Origin: an uncultured delta proteobacterium
GTDB taxonomy: Bacteria; Desulfobacterota; Binatia; UBA9968
Direction: 5' to 3'
NCBI GenBank assembly: GCA_963745035.1
Contig: CAVUVW010000023.1
Coordinates: 1-64,000, forward strand
DNA length: 64,000 nucleotides
Positions 10,661 through 21,946 of the stretch are shown in pieces. The notes beneath the pieces were generated by a model. It ran no database searches and had not been told where the DNA came from. It saw nothing but the letters and a program-made list of their open reading frames with translations. Every line of letters begins with the position of its first letter. The stretch's first letter is position 1. A program made the position numbers and the translations under genes.

Positions 10661-12638
10661 CGCAGGGCGGCGTCCGATGGCGCAGGATGCGGATCCGCCG
10701 CCGGATCGCGGCGCGCGCCCCACACGACGTGGTCGGTGTCGTCGAGGACGTTCGTGCCCCAGACGATGTTGTCGCCCTCGTCGCCGAGCGTCGCCGCTCG
10801 TGCCCCAGACGATGTTGAAGCCGGCCTCGGCGGTGCCCCAGACGATGTTGTCGCAGCCTGTCCCGAGCGCAGTCGAGGGGCCTGTCCCGAGCGCGTCGAC
10901 GGGAGCCTCGGGGTCAACAGGCCCGCAGACCGTGCCCCAGACGATGTTGTCGCAGTCGGCGCCGAGCCGCACTCGGTGCCCCAGACGATGTTGGAGCCTG
11001 CCTCGGCGGTGCCCCAGACGATGTTGTCGCCTCCCGTCACGCCGGCCGCCGTGCCGAGCAGTCGAGGCGGCCTGTCCCGGGCGCTGTCGAGCTGCCCCCC
11101 GAACACTGCGTGCGCCAGGCGACGAATGTGCCTTCGGGGGTAGTCGAGTCGCCCCAGATGACGTCGGTGCGCCACGCGATTGCGGCCGCGCGCAGCTCGC
11201 CGCCGCTGAGCGGCGGTTGCCCCGGATCACGCGCTGGCTCCACGCCGCGGTGTCGGTCACCGCGGACGCAAGGACCAGCTGCTCCGGTGCGGCCGAAACG
11301 CGACTGCGCGAGCTCCACCGCGCCGCGCGCGTTCAGGAAGCCGGCACCCTGCGTCAGCGCGTTGTAGCTCGCGTGCGCGACTCGGCGGTGAACTGCAGGA
11401 TCGCCTTGACCAGGTTCGGCGTCAGCGCCGGGTTGGCCTGCAGCATCAGCGCGATCGTGCCGCTGACGACCGGCGCCGCCATGCTGGTGCCGCTCAGCGA
11501 GAGGTACGGCTCGGTCGCCGTCGGCACCGTGCCCCACAGCCGCATGAGCGGCTTGGTGTTCCACAGCGTGCTGCCGGCCTCGGCGATCGACTCGATGCCG
11601 ACGCCGGGCGCGACGAGGTCGGGCTTGGCCTGGTAAGTCGATCGCGGTCGGGCCGCGCGAGCTGAAGCCGGCGACGGTGTCGTCAGCGCGGTCGGTCGTG
11701 CCCTGGTGGCTCGACGCGCCGACGGTGAGACCCAGGGCGCGTTGCCGGGCGCGCCGATGCCGCCGTACTGCGGCTGCCCGTTGGCGTTCTTGCCGAGATT
11801 GCCCGCGGCAGACACGACGACGATGCCGGCTTCGACCGCGCGCTTCGCGGCGAGCGTGAGCGGGTCGGTCGTGTAGGACTCGTAAACGCCGGCGGCGACC
11901 GAGAGGTTGATCACGCGGATGTTCAGCGCGTCCTTGTTCGCGATCGCGTAGTCGATCGCGGCGATGACGTTGCTGATGTAGCCCTGGCCCGACGCGTCGA
12001 GGACCTTCTCGACGAGCAGCGTCGCGCCCGGCGCCACGCCGCGGCGGCGCCCGTCCGAGTCGTGGCCGTTGCCGGCGATGATGCCGGCGACGTGCGTGCC
12101 GTGGCCGTAGTCGTCGTACGCGGACGGCTGGAAATTCACGAAGTCGACGAACCGCGTGACGCGGCTGCTGCCGAGATCGTCGTGCCAGTTGGCGACGCCC
12201 GAGTCGATGATCGCGATGCCGACGCCGGTGCCGTCGAAGCCGAGGGTGTCGCGGACCCAGCCGGCGCCGATCGTCGCGCCGGTGCGCTCGAGCGTGCCGT
12301 GCACGCGGCGGTCGAGGCTGACGCCGATCGACGGCCGGGCAGCGCGCGCCAGCGCCAGCGAGCGAGGTGTCGGGGACGTAGGCGACCTGTCCGCCGACCG
12401 ACGACAGGCGGCGGCCGACGGTGCCGCGCAGTCCGCGGATGGCGAGGTCTGCGGCGGCGGACGACGCCCGGCTGGAGGCGGAGGATGACCCTGGAGCTGC
12501 CCGCGTGCCGCGACCGCGCGCGCTGCGCAACTCGCGATCGAGCTTCGCGTTGTCATCCGTGCGGGCGCGGCGCAGGCCACGGCCGGCGGCTGCAAGCGAC
12601 GCCAGCAGGGCGCCGAGGACCAGGAGACGTCGAACCAT
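10657..12638 (-). CDS. Secreted S8 (subtilisin-like) peptidase with C-terminal DNIVWGT repeats (frameshifted)
   Basis: Signal peptide; triad motifs IIDSG, HGTHVAG, SGTSMAAP; stop overlaps next ATG. Confidence 0.9.
10716..11026 (-). repeat. Coding repeat NIVWGT x6 plus degenerate HVVWG copy
   Basis: gtgccccagacgatgttg at ~10754, 10800, 10833, 10932, 10976, 11009. Confidence 0.95.
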
Positions 12639-12874
12639 TCGCAGGGTGCGGGCTAGCTAGCGCCCGAAGGGCTAGCCGGCACGTGCGATCCGTGCTGCCG
12701 GTCAAGTCGATCCGTGTAACAAAGTCGTAACAGGCTGTAAATCACAGTCGAGTTAGTAGGAGCATGCGCGGAGACAGCCTCATAAAGCAGGATGTCATGA
12801 CCGGCTGATCACGCAGTGTGCCGTCTCAGGACACACCGATTCGAGATTTCGGCGGCTAAGTCCTTTAGGCTGAG

Positions 12875-14244
12875 CTACCTGACGACTGTTCCAAATCGGC
12901 CTAGTGTTCGGCCCTGTTTGTTCTGTTTCGAGACGCGGGCGGCGACTTCCTCCAAGCCGTACTCGACGATTTTTCGATAAAGCGTGCCGCGGCTGATTTC
13001 GAGAACCGCCGCCGCCTGCTTCTTGTTCCAGTTGACGCTCTCGAGCACGCGGGCGATGTGGGCGCGCTCGGCGTCGGCGAGCGACGGCAGCCGCTCCCGC
13101 GAGGTCTCGGCCGGCGTTTCGGAGGCGTGGAGGAACTCGATGTCGGTGCCGCGGATGACGCTGCCCGGCGAGGACAGCGCGGCGCGCGAGACGGTGCTTT
13201 CGAGCTCGCGGATGTTGCCGGGCCAGTGGTACTGCATCAGCAGGTCGGCCGCTTCCTTCGAGAAGCGACTTGCCGTCGAGCGGCAGGCCGTTGGCCGCGC
13301 AGTAGCGCGCCAGGAAGCGCTGCGCGAGGACCGGGATGTCGATCGTGCGTTCGCGCAGCGACGGCAGCCGGATCGAGAACGCGTTGACGCGGTAGTAGAG
13401 ATCCTCGCGGAACCGCGTGTCGCGGACGAACTGCGTCGAGCGGGCGGTTGGTCGCCGAGATCAGGCGGAAGTTCACTTCGATCGACGTGTTGCCGCCGAG
13501 GCGCTCGAACCGCCGTTCCTCGAGCACGCGCAGCAGCTTCGCCTGCGCCATCAGCGACATGTCGCCGATCTCGTCGAGGAACAGCGTGCCGTTGTTCGCC
13601 AGCTCGAGGCGGCCGGGCTTGCGATCGTGCGCGCCGGTGAACGCGCCTTTTTCGTAGCCGAAGATTTCCGACTCGAACAGCGTGTCGGGGAGCGCCGCGC
13701 AGTTCACCGCCTGGAAGCGGTGCGTGCCGCGCCGGCTGAGCTCGTGGATCATGCGCGCCACGAGCTCCTTGCCCGACCCGGTCGGCCCGAGGATCAGCAC
13801 GGAGATGTCGGACTTCGCGGCCGTGCGGATCCACTCGAAGATGACCAGCATCTTCTCGTCCTTGCCGATCATCTCGCGGAAGCGCTGGACGGCGGGGGAG
13901 CGATCTTCGGTGCTGACGGTGGCGCGCCGCTCGAGGAACTCGTCGAGCAGGTCGTGGATGACGTCCCCTTCCGGCTGCACGAAGCCGTACTTCGGCGCGC
14001 CGGCGCCCGGCGATCTTCTTCGTGATGCCGAACGCGACGAGCTCGCGCACGCAGTTCTCGACGTCGAGCCGCATCCGGCCGAACGTCTGCATCAGCGCCT
14101 CGACGTCGAAGGTCTCCTCCGGGCGCGCGCACATGAAGCGCAGGATCGCCGCGCGCAGCGGCGACTGCACCAGCGCCTGGAACTTGGCCGTGATCTCCGC
14201 GGGATCGCCTGCGCCGCGTTGGCGGCGTTGTCCGCGCTAGACAT
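12875..14244 (-). CDS. Sigma54-dependent activator (AAA+, Fis-type HTH) with non-REC N-terminal domain (frameshifted)
   Basis: GPTGSGKE, ESEIFGYEKGAFTGA, LFLDEIG, WPGNIREL, AAAVLEISRGTLYRK. Confidence 0.9.
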
Positions 14245-14683
14245 TCGGCATGGGAGTGCTGCCCGGCGACGGCGTCCGGGGCCGTAGTGCTCGGACTGGA
14301 ACTGGTTGATCAGCCGTTTCATTTCGACCGCGTCACGCTTTCTGTGGCCGTGGCATCGCACCGGTTCCGATCCGCCGCTGGTTTCGATCACGACGTTCGA
14401 GAAGAACAGGTTCGTGTCGATTTCCACCGACGCCACGTGCGCCATGTGGATCGACTGTTCCCGCCGCCCGAACCACTGCGGCGTGTAGTGCGTCACGCTC
14501 GCCGGGCGTGATCGCGACCTGGGTCGGAAACAGGCGGTTCCCCCGGCTCCAGCGGCTCGCCCGGAACACGTGCTCGCCCGCGATCGGCCGTCCGCGCGCG
14601 ACGACCCACAGCGCCAGAAGCGCCAGCACGCTGACGGCGCCACCGACCAGCCAAATCAGCAGCGCGTTCGTGTCGGTCATCAT
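14238..14683 (-). CDS. Membrane-anchored bacterial PH-domain-like protein (frameshifted)
   Basis: N-terminal TM; FRASRWSRGNRLFP; SIHMAHVASVEIDTNLFFSNVVIETSGG. Confidence 0.6.
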
Positions 14684-14765
14684 CCTGAAATGACGCGGAG
14701 ACAGCTTACAGTCGCTCCCCCGGGCGTCTGCTGTCAAGGTACATCGGATTTGTTATTCTCTGTAC

Positions 14766-15928
14766 ATGCCCCACAGAGCGCCCGGGTCCCCGGGCCACGG
14801 CCCCGGTCATTTTCTCCAGGGCAAGCAGATTCGCTACTACCGGCCGACAGGGAGCGCCGAGGTCCGCGCAGCTGATCGAGGGGGGCTTCCAGGCGTTCAA
14901 CGCCGGGCGCCTCTCCGAAGCCTGCCACATCTACGCCGACAAGATGCTGGCCCCGGAAAGCGACACCACCATCGGCCTGACCGTCGCCGGCGCGCTCACC
15001 CCCGCCGGGCTCGGCGGCTGCGTCATCGAGCTGATGGACCGCGGGCTGATCGACTTCATGATCAGCACCGGCGCCAATCTCTATCACGACCTCCATTACG
15101 CCCTGAATTTCTCAGCTGCACCGCGGCTCGCCGTTCCTCGACGACGTGGAGCTCTACGAGCAGGGCATCATCCGGATCTACGACGTCCTGTTCCCGGCGA
15201 CCGTCCTGCTCGAGACCGACGCCTACATCCGCGATTTCCTCGTCCGCTCGGAGCTCGCAGGGCCCGATGTCGACCTCCGAGTTCCACTACCGGCTCGGCC
15301 TCGACCTGCTCGCGCGCAACCCGGCCTGCGCCGAATACTCGGTCGTCGCCAGGGCCGCCGAGTGCGGCGTGCCGATCTACACCTCGTCACCCGGCGACAG
15401 TTCTATCGGCATGAACATCGCGTATCACGAGCTGATGAACGGCAGCACGCTGATGATCGACCCGAACAAGGACGTCAACGAGGTCTGCGCGATCATCCTC
15501 GGGGGCCACCAGAACGGCTGCGTCATCCTCGGCGGCGGCTCCCCCAAGAACTTCTACCTCCAGGGGCAGCCGACGCTCTGGGAGGTCTACGGCATCCCCA
15601 AGGGGGGCAACGACTACTTCATCCAGATCACCACCGACCAGGTCGTCTGGGGCGGATTGTCCGGGCGCGACGCCGGCCGAAGCGGTCAGCTGGGGCAAGG
15701 TCAACCCGGGCGTGCTCCCCGACACGGTGGTCGCCTACTGCGACTCGACGATCGCCTTTCCCCTGTTCTGCGAGTACGCCGTCGGGTCGGCGCACAACCG
15801 CCGTCCGCTGCGGCGGCTGATCGACCAGCGCGAGGCGCTGGTCGCCGACCTGGTCGCGCAGGCCGAAAGCCGGGCACGAGAGCGGCGAAAGCGATCGGAA
15901 GCCGGCCGAAATCGATCGCCACCGGTGA
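14766..15928 (+). CDS. Deoxyhypusine synthase-like protein (possible homospermidine/polyamine synthase; frameshifted)
   Basis: AGALTPAGLG, STGANLYHD, GGGSPKNF, GGLSGA.PAEAVSWGK. Confidence 0.85.
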
Positions 15929-16355
15929 TGGGAACGCTGTCGTCGGAGCTGGGACCGCTGGCCGAACGGGTCCCGAACCAGCCGCGCGTGTATGCCGACG
16001 CGAACATGCCGTGCGGCGTCGTCGCGTTCATGCGCGAGAGACTAGGATGGGACGTGCTGTTCGTGCTGGAGCATCCGACGACCTGCGCCGCGCGCGCGAC
16101 ATCGAGCACTATCCGGCTGGCGCGCCAGCTCGGACGGACGCTCGTCACGCTCGATCGGGACTACCTCGACGATCGACTGTTTCCCCCCGACGAAGGCGCC
16201 GGCGTGATCGTGTTCTGCGTGCCGGACGAGCGGTGGCTGCGCCGCCTGCTCGACGCGCATGGATCGCGAACTGTTCCGCGCGCCGGACGCGCGCGCCGCT
16301 GCCGCTCGAACGGCGCAAGGTGGAGTGGCACATCGATGCTCAGCCTGGGTCTTGA
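15928..16355 (+). CDS. DUF5615 PIN-like protein
   Basis: RVYADANMP...LGWDV...LVTLDRDY. Confidence 0.7.
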
Positions 16356-17185
16356 TCTCTCGGAACGTCCCGCCCGCGCCGTCAGTCGTCGACGACGCCG
16401 GCGAGTGCTCGCGCGCGGCCGCGGCGCCGACGGCGCCGAGGCCGTCCGCGCCGTGCTGTCGGCCGCGACGCCCGAGGTCGCCGGCGTCGCCGCCATTCGA
16501 CCCGAAGGACAAGGCCGCCGTCGACGGCGTGAAGCGTCGTGACCCGGTGACGCCCGGCGCCGCGGCGATGGCGGCGGAGGCCTGGGTCGGCGCCGCGCAG
16601 GGCGCGCGCCACGCGATCTGCCTCTACATCGGCGACGAGATTTACGCCGGGGCTGATGCTCGACGGCACGGCCGTGGAGCGGGCGCGCACGACCGCGCCG
16701 GCGCCGCCGCGTGGCTCGCGCTCAATCCCGTCGAGCGCCAGGATTATCGCAAGGCTCGGCAGTCTCGCCGCGGAAGTCTCCGCCAAGGGGATCGCCCGGC
16801 GCCTGTCGTGGCGCATCCAGGCGGGCGATCGGTCGCGCGTGCTCGAACAGGCCGGCGGCTCGCTCGACGCGATCACCGGTCAGCACGTGTTCGACGGCGC
16901 GCGCGCCGGCGACGGCGTCGCGATCTCCGTCGTGCGCGACACCGCGAAATACATCGGCATGGCGGTCGCCACGCTCGCGGCCGCGATCGATCCCGAGGTC
17001 GTCATGGTCAGCGGCAGCGTCGCGGTGGCGGACCTGATGCTCGAACCGGTCCGCCAGGAGTGCGCGCGCCGGCTGCCGCCCGACGCGATGAACGACCTGC
17101 GCGTCGAGTTCTCGACGCTCGGCGCCGACGCAAGTCGCGATCGGCGCGGCGCGGCTCGCCCTGACGGAACAGTCCCGCCCGATGA
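16336..17185 (+). CDS. ROK family protein (frameshifted)
   Basis: AEAWVGAA, IDPEVVMVSG, STLGAD...GAARLA. Confidence 0.7.
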
Positions 17186-18428
17186 TCCTGCTGTCGGGCG
17201 CGGATCTGGTGCTGCCGGATCGCGTGCTCGGCGGCGGCACGCTCGTGCTCGACGGCGATCGCATCGCCGAGATCGTCGCCGGCCGCGCGACGGCGCCGGC
17301 GCAGGACGTGCACTTCTCCTTCCCCGACCACTACATCGTCCCCGGCTTCATCGACGTCCACGTGCACGGCATCGAAGGCATCGACGCGCTGGACGGCGGG
17401 ACCGCGATCACCACGATGGCGGAGCGGCTGCCGCGATACGGCGTCACCGCGTTCTGCCCGACGTCGCTCGCGTGCGATCCGCCGTCGCTGCGGCGGATGC
17501 TCGCCGGCGTGCGCGTCGCGCGGACGACGCGTCCGCCCGGCGGCGCGCGCGTGCTCCCCGCGCACCTCGAGAGCAATTTCATCAATCCCGAGTTCAAAGG
17601 CGCGCAACCGCTCGACGTGCCTGCGCGATCGCCCGGGGTCAGACCGGGGTCAGACCGGGGTCAGACCGGGGCAGGCAGGCGGTCGAGACCGGGCAGGGTC
17701 AGGGCACTGGACCGGCGACGACATCCTGAACGAGATCGCCGCGGCGCGGCCCGATGTCGGCATCATCACGCTCGCGCCGGAGATCGACGGCGGGATCGAT
17801 TTGATCCGCGACGCTCGTCGCGCACGGGCACCACGTCTCGCTCGGCCATTCCGGCGCGACCTACGAGCAGGCGCAGGAGGGGATCCGCGCCGGCGCGCGG
17901 CAGGCGACGCACATCTTCAACGCGATGACGCCGATCGTCGCACCGCGCGCCCGGGCTGGCCGGCGCGATCCTCGAGTCCGACGAAGTGACGGCGGAGCTC
18001 ATCTGCGACGGCGTCCACGTGCATCCCGCGATGATGCGCGTCGCGCATCGCCGCGAAGCGGCCCGAGCGGATCATGGCGATCACCGACGGCACCGCCGGA
18101 TCGGGCCTGCCGCGCGGCACCGAAGACCGCACATCGGCGGCCACCCGATCACCATCCGCGACGCCGCGTATCTCGACGACGGCACGCTCGCCGGGCAGCT
18201 CGCTGACGATGGACCGCGCGTTTGCGAAGCTGACGTCGGAGATCGGGCTCAGCCTCTCGGACGCCGCGACCGTCTGCGCCACGACGCCGGCCCGCGCGCT
18301 GGGCCTGCAGGGCTTCGGCGTGATTGCCGCCGGGCGCGATGGCCGACCTGGTGGTGCTCGACCGGGACCTCCGGGTGGTCCAGACCTGGGTGGCCGGAAT
18401 GCTCGCTTTCGAACTCTACGAGCGCTGA
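17182..18428 (+). CDS. nagA: N-acetylglucosamine-6-phosphate deacetylase (frameshifted)
   Basis: [46 protein letters not shown]. Confidence 0.9.
17635..17671 (+). repeat. GGGGTCAGACC x3 REP-like tandem inside nagA
   Basis: Three exact 11-bp units followed by GGGG. Confidence 0.85.
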
Positions 18429-18446
18429 TCCCGTCCAAGGAGGCGT

Positions 18447-19371
18447 ATGAAATCTGTACTGCCGACCCTGGCCCTGGCTGCCGTCCCTGCCGTTCAGCCT
18501 GGCCGGCTGCGTCGTCGTGGACTCGCAGGGGCACATCACCCGCGAGGAGAAGCGCTTCACCGTGACCGGCACGCCCGAGCTCCGAGCTGACGACGTTCGA
18601 CGGCGCGATCGAGATTCGCGCCGGCGACGGCAAGACCGTCGTCGTCGAAATCGAGAAGCGCGGGCCGACCAAGGAATCCATCGAGGAGCTGAAGGTGGAG
18701 TCGAAGCAGGACGGCAACCGCATCGAGGTCGACGTGAAGAGGCCGGCGCACGAGGTCGTGTTCTTCGGCGTTCGGCCGCATGTCGCCGACCGCGAAGCTG
18801 ATCGTGACGATGCCGCGCGACGGGAACGTGACGGCGCAGGAGCGGCGACGGCTCGATCCGGATCGAGCACGTGCACGGGCGGCTGGAGCTGAGGACCGGC
18901 GACGGCAGCATCCGCGCGACCGACATCGCGCGGCCAGCTCACGCTCGTCGACGGGCGACGGCTCGGTGACGCTGGAAGACGTCGGACGGGGACCTGGACG
19001 TCGACACCGGCGACGGCAGCGTCAGCGTGGCGGGCAAGCTGGCCACCGTGAAGCTGCACACCGGCGACGGCTCGATCACGTTCCGCGCCGCGCCGGGGAC
19101 GACGATGAAGGACGACTGGTCGATGACGACCGGCGACGGCGGCATCGCGCTCTACCTGCCGTCGGATTTCGGCGCGCGAGCTCGACGCGCACACCGGCGA
19201 CGGCATCGATCCGCAACGAGCTGGGCCTGAAGGCCGAGGCCGAAGACGCGATCGCGATCGCGACGGGACCGAGACCGCGACCGCCGCACGCTGAAGGGCA
19301 AGCTCGGCGCCGGCGGCAAGCTGCTGCGCATCCGCACGGGCGATGGGTCGATCAGACTGAAAACGAGCTAA
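18447..19371 (+). CDS. DUF4097/adhesin-like beta-strand repeat lipoprotein (frameshifted)
   Basis: Lipobox LAGC; repeated TGDGS(I/V) motifs. Confidence 0.8.
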
Positions 19372-19397
19372 TCGCACACTGCACGAGCCGACGGCTC

Positions 19398-19476
19398 AAC
19401 ACAAAGGTCACCAAGACACGAAGACACAAAGCCAAATTGCGCTTCGTGCCTTTGTGACTTCGTGAACTTCGTGATC
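19398..19476. repeat. Inverted CACGAAG/CACAAAG 9-nt repeat hairpin between convergent genes
   Basis: cacaaag..caccaag..cacgaag..cacaaag / cttcgtg..ctttgtg..cttcgtg..cttcgtg. Confidence 0.7.
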
Positions 19477-19489
19477 AGCCGTGGGCTCG

Positions 19490-20200
19490 TTTAGCGGATC
19501 GGGTATGTCGGTACTTCGTCGGATCGTCGACGCCCGCCTCTCTGAAACGCATCTCTTCGCTCCCGGCACTTGCTGCACGCGGCCGCAGTGCAGCCCGTCC
19601 TTCGGCTGCATGCACGACAGCGTCAACTCCAGCGGCACGCCCAGCTCGAGACCTCTCCGGATCACGTCGGACTTGTGCATGCGCCGCGAACGGCGCCTCG
19701 ATGGCGATCGGCGTCGCCGAGTCCGAGCGACAGCGCGCGCGACATGCGCGTCGAAGAACTCGGGCGTCGCGTCGGGAAACGGGTTGCCGGCGAGCGTGCC
19801 GAGCAGCAGCCTCGCGTCCGGCGCGTGGCGACGCCGCGCGCTGACCATGTAGACCGCGGCCTTCGAGAGCAGGATCACGTTGCGCCCATCGAGGTAGACG
19901 TCCTCGTCGGGCGTGTCGAAAGCCGGCGGCTCGCCGCGGACCGCCCAGTGCGTCGGCGGGAAACACGTCGCGCATGTCGAACCGGAGCTCGACGGGCGGC
20001 GGACGTGCCGGCGAACGGCGGGCGACGCGAACAGGCGCGCCGCCATCGCGCGTTCTTCCGCTTCCCACGCGAAGCCCACGCTGACGTAGATCGCGCTGCA
20101 CCGGTCGCCGTGGCCGCGGGCCAGGGCGTCGGCGACGCAGGACGGCGCTGTCGAGCCCGCCGGAAAAGAGGACGGCGGCTCGCTTATACTTCTCGGACAT
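19490..20200 (-). CDS. queC: 7-cyano-7-deazaguanine synthase QueC-like (frameshifted)
   Basis: FSGGLDS PP-loop, GRN, NPFPDATPEF, SCM...HCG.C.KC. Confidence 0.75.
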
Positions 20201-20603
20201 GTACCTCGTCACCAAGCGGATCGAGTTCTGTTACGGCCACCGGCTGCTCGACTACGACGGCGTCTGCAAGCACCCGCACGGGCACAACGCCTCGGTCGAG
20301 ATCGACGTGCGCACCGACAGCCTCGACACCCGCAACATGGTGGTGGATTTCAGCGACATCAAGCGGATCGTCAAAGGGTGGATCGATCGCGAGCTGGATC
20401 ACAAGATGATCCTGCGGCGCGACGACCCGCTGGTCGAGCCGCTGCGCGCGCTCGGCGAGCCGATGTACCTGCTGGAGAGCAATCCTACCGTGGAGCGGAT
20501 CGCGAAGCTGATTTACGACGAGGGGCGCGCGCTCGGCGTCAACATCCAGGCCGTGCGCGTCTGGGAAACGCCCACGTCGGTGGCGACGTACAGTTTGCCG
20601 TAG
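20199..20603 (+). CDS. queD: 6-carboxytetrahydropterin synthase
   Basis: GHRL...CKHPHGHN, DFSDIK, NPTVE, VWETPTS. Confidence 0.9.
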   Translation: MYLVTKRIEFCYGHRLLDYDGVCKHPHGHNASVEIDVRTDSLDTRNMVVDFSDIKRIVKGWIDRELDHKMILRRDDPLVEPLRALGEPMYLLESNPTVERIAKLIYDEGRALGVNIQAVRVWETPTSVATYSLP

Positions 20604-20753
20604 GCGGTCGTTGCGGTTGGCAGCTCGGTTGCCGCGGTGGGGCACGTAGTGCGGTCACGGACGTTCACGCGGAACCGCAGAAGCAAACTGCGATTTCTGA
20701 TCTGCGTACTCTGGACTGCCATCTGCCTGACCGCCAAGCTGCCGACTGTCTCC

Positions 20754-21946
20754 CTACAGCGACCGCAAGAACGCCAGCAGCGCGGCGCGATCCGCGTCGC
20801 TGAGACGCTCGAAGCCGCGCCGGGCGAGGAGCGCCTCGCCGCCGTGCTTGCAGCACGGCCTCCTCGACCGTGCCGGCCGAGCCGTCGTGCAGGAGCGGCC
20901 GGCGCAGGCGCAGGCCCCACAGCGCCGGCGTGCGGATCTCGTTGGTCTCGGCCGCGCCCTGCTTGATGCCGTCGCCGGTCCCGACGTCGTGCAGCAGCAG
21001 GTCCGAGAAGAGCGCGACCCTCTTGCGGTGGAACAGCGGGATTCGCGCTCGGCCCGGTCTCCAGCGCGGGCACGTGGCAGGTCGCGCAGCCGATCGCGGC
21101 GAACACCTGCTCCCCCGCCGCGGACCTGGTCGTTGACGCCGTCGCGCCCGACCGGCGCCAGCAACCGCATGAAGCGTCGCGAAGTTGTCGATGCCGCGCC
21201 GCCGCGTTCGCGGATCGCGGACGTCTTCGGGATCGGGAAATGCGATCGCAGAGCCGCATCTGCGCGGGCGTGATCGCCGAACGCCACTTCCTGCGGGAAC
21301 ACGTCGTTGGTGATGCCCATCTCGTTGCGGTAGGCGTCGGCGCCGAACGTCAGGAGCGTGGCGTGCTGCGACTTCCAGCCGAAACGGCCGACGCGGCGCT
21401 CGCCGGTGGCGACATCGACGACGATCGCCGCCCGCCCGCTGACCCCGTCGCCGTTGCGATCGTTCGGATCCTCGAGCGCGCGCAGCGTCTCGTCGGGGAT
21501 CGCTTCGACGAGTCCCGCGCCAAAGAGCGGAATGGGAACGCGGCGCGCGAAGACCGTTGCGTCCGCCGGCAGCATCGGCTGGCAGCCATGACGCCGGCAC
21601 CGAGAACAGGTGAAAGAGCGTCTCGCCAGAGGCGTCGAGCGTCTCGAACTCGCCCTCCGCATTGCGCCGGCCGGCGCGCAGCTCGGCGATGACGCCGCCG
21701 CCGCCGATCGCCGGCACGTTGTGGCACGCCGCGCAGCTCGTGCCGTTGAACGCGGGGCCGAGACCCTCCTCGGTCGCTTCGACTTCGACGAAAGTCGTCG
21801 AGTCCCAGGCGGAACTCTTCGAACTCCACCGGCGTGATGCCCGGCGAGCGGCGCGCCCGGCCCTCCCGATTGCGTCTGCGCCGTCGAAAGGGCGCCGACC
21901 AGCATGAGGCCAGCGGCGACGATGATGCCTGGCGGGGCCGCGTCAT
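20754..21946 (-). CDS. Di-heme oxidoreductase (DHOR/thiol-oxidoreductase-like) c-type cytochrome (frameshifted)
   Basis: CAACH and CATCH heme motifs, PLFGAGLVEAI, VGRFGWK, AYRNEMGIT, FSDLLLHD, RTPALWG, LLHDG. Confidence 0.85.

Noticed and set aside
12655-12710. Sigma54 -24/-12 promoter for the subtilase (CCGGCAGCACGGATCGCA on the minus strand)
   Set aside because: GG-GC spacing is 11 rather than 10 nt. It cannot be supported unless a read indel is shown.
17917-19377. Long Arg/Ala/Pro-rich alternative ORFs, here and throughout the GC-rich half
   Set aside because: Off-frame or antisense products of high GC content; no motifs.
19490-20603. queC/queD as a 7-deazaguanine DNA-modification (Dpd) or QatC-type defence system
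   Set aside because: No dpdA/TGT-like, ATPase or TatD partners nearby; housekeeping queuosine synthesis is the simpler reading.
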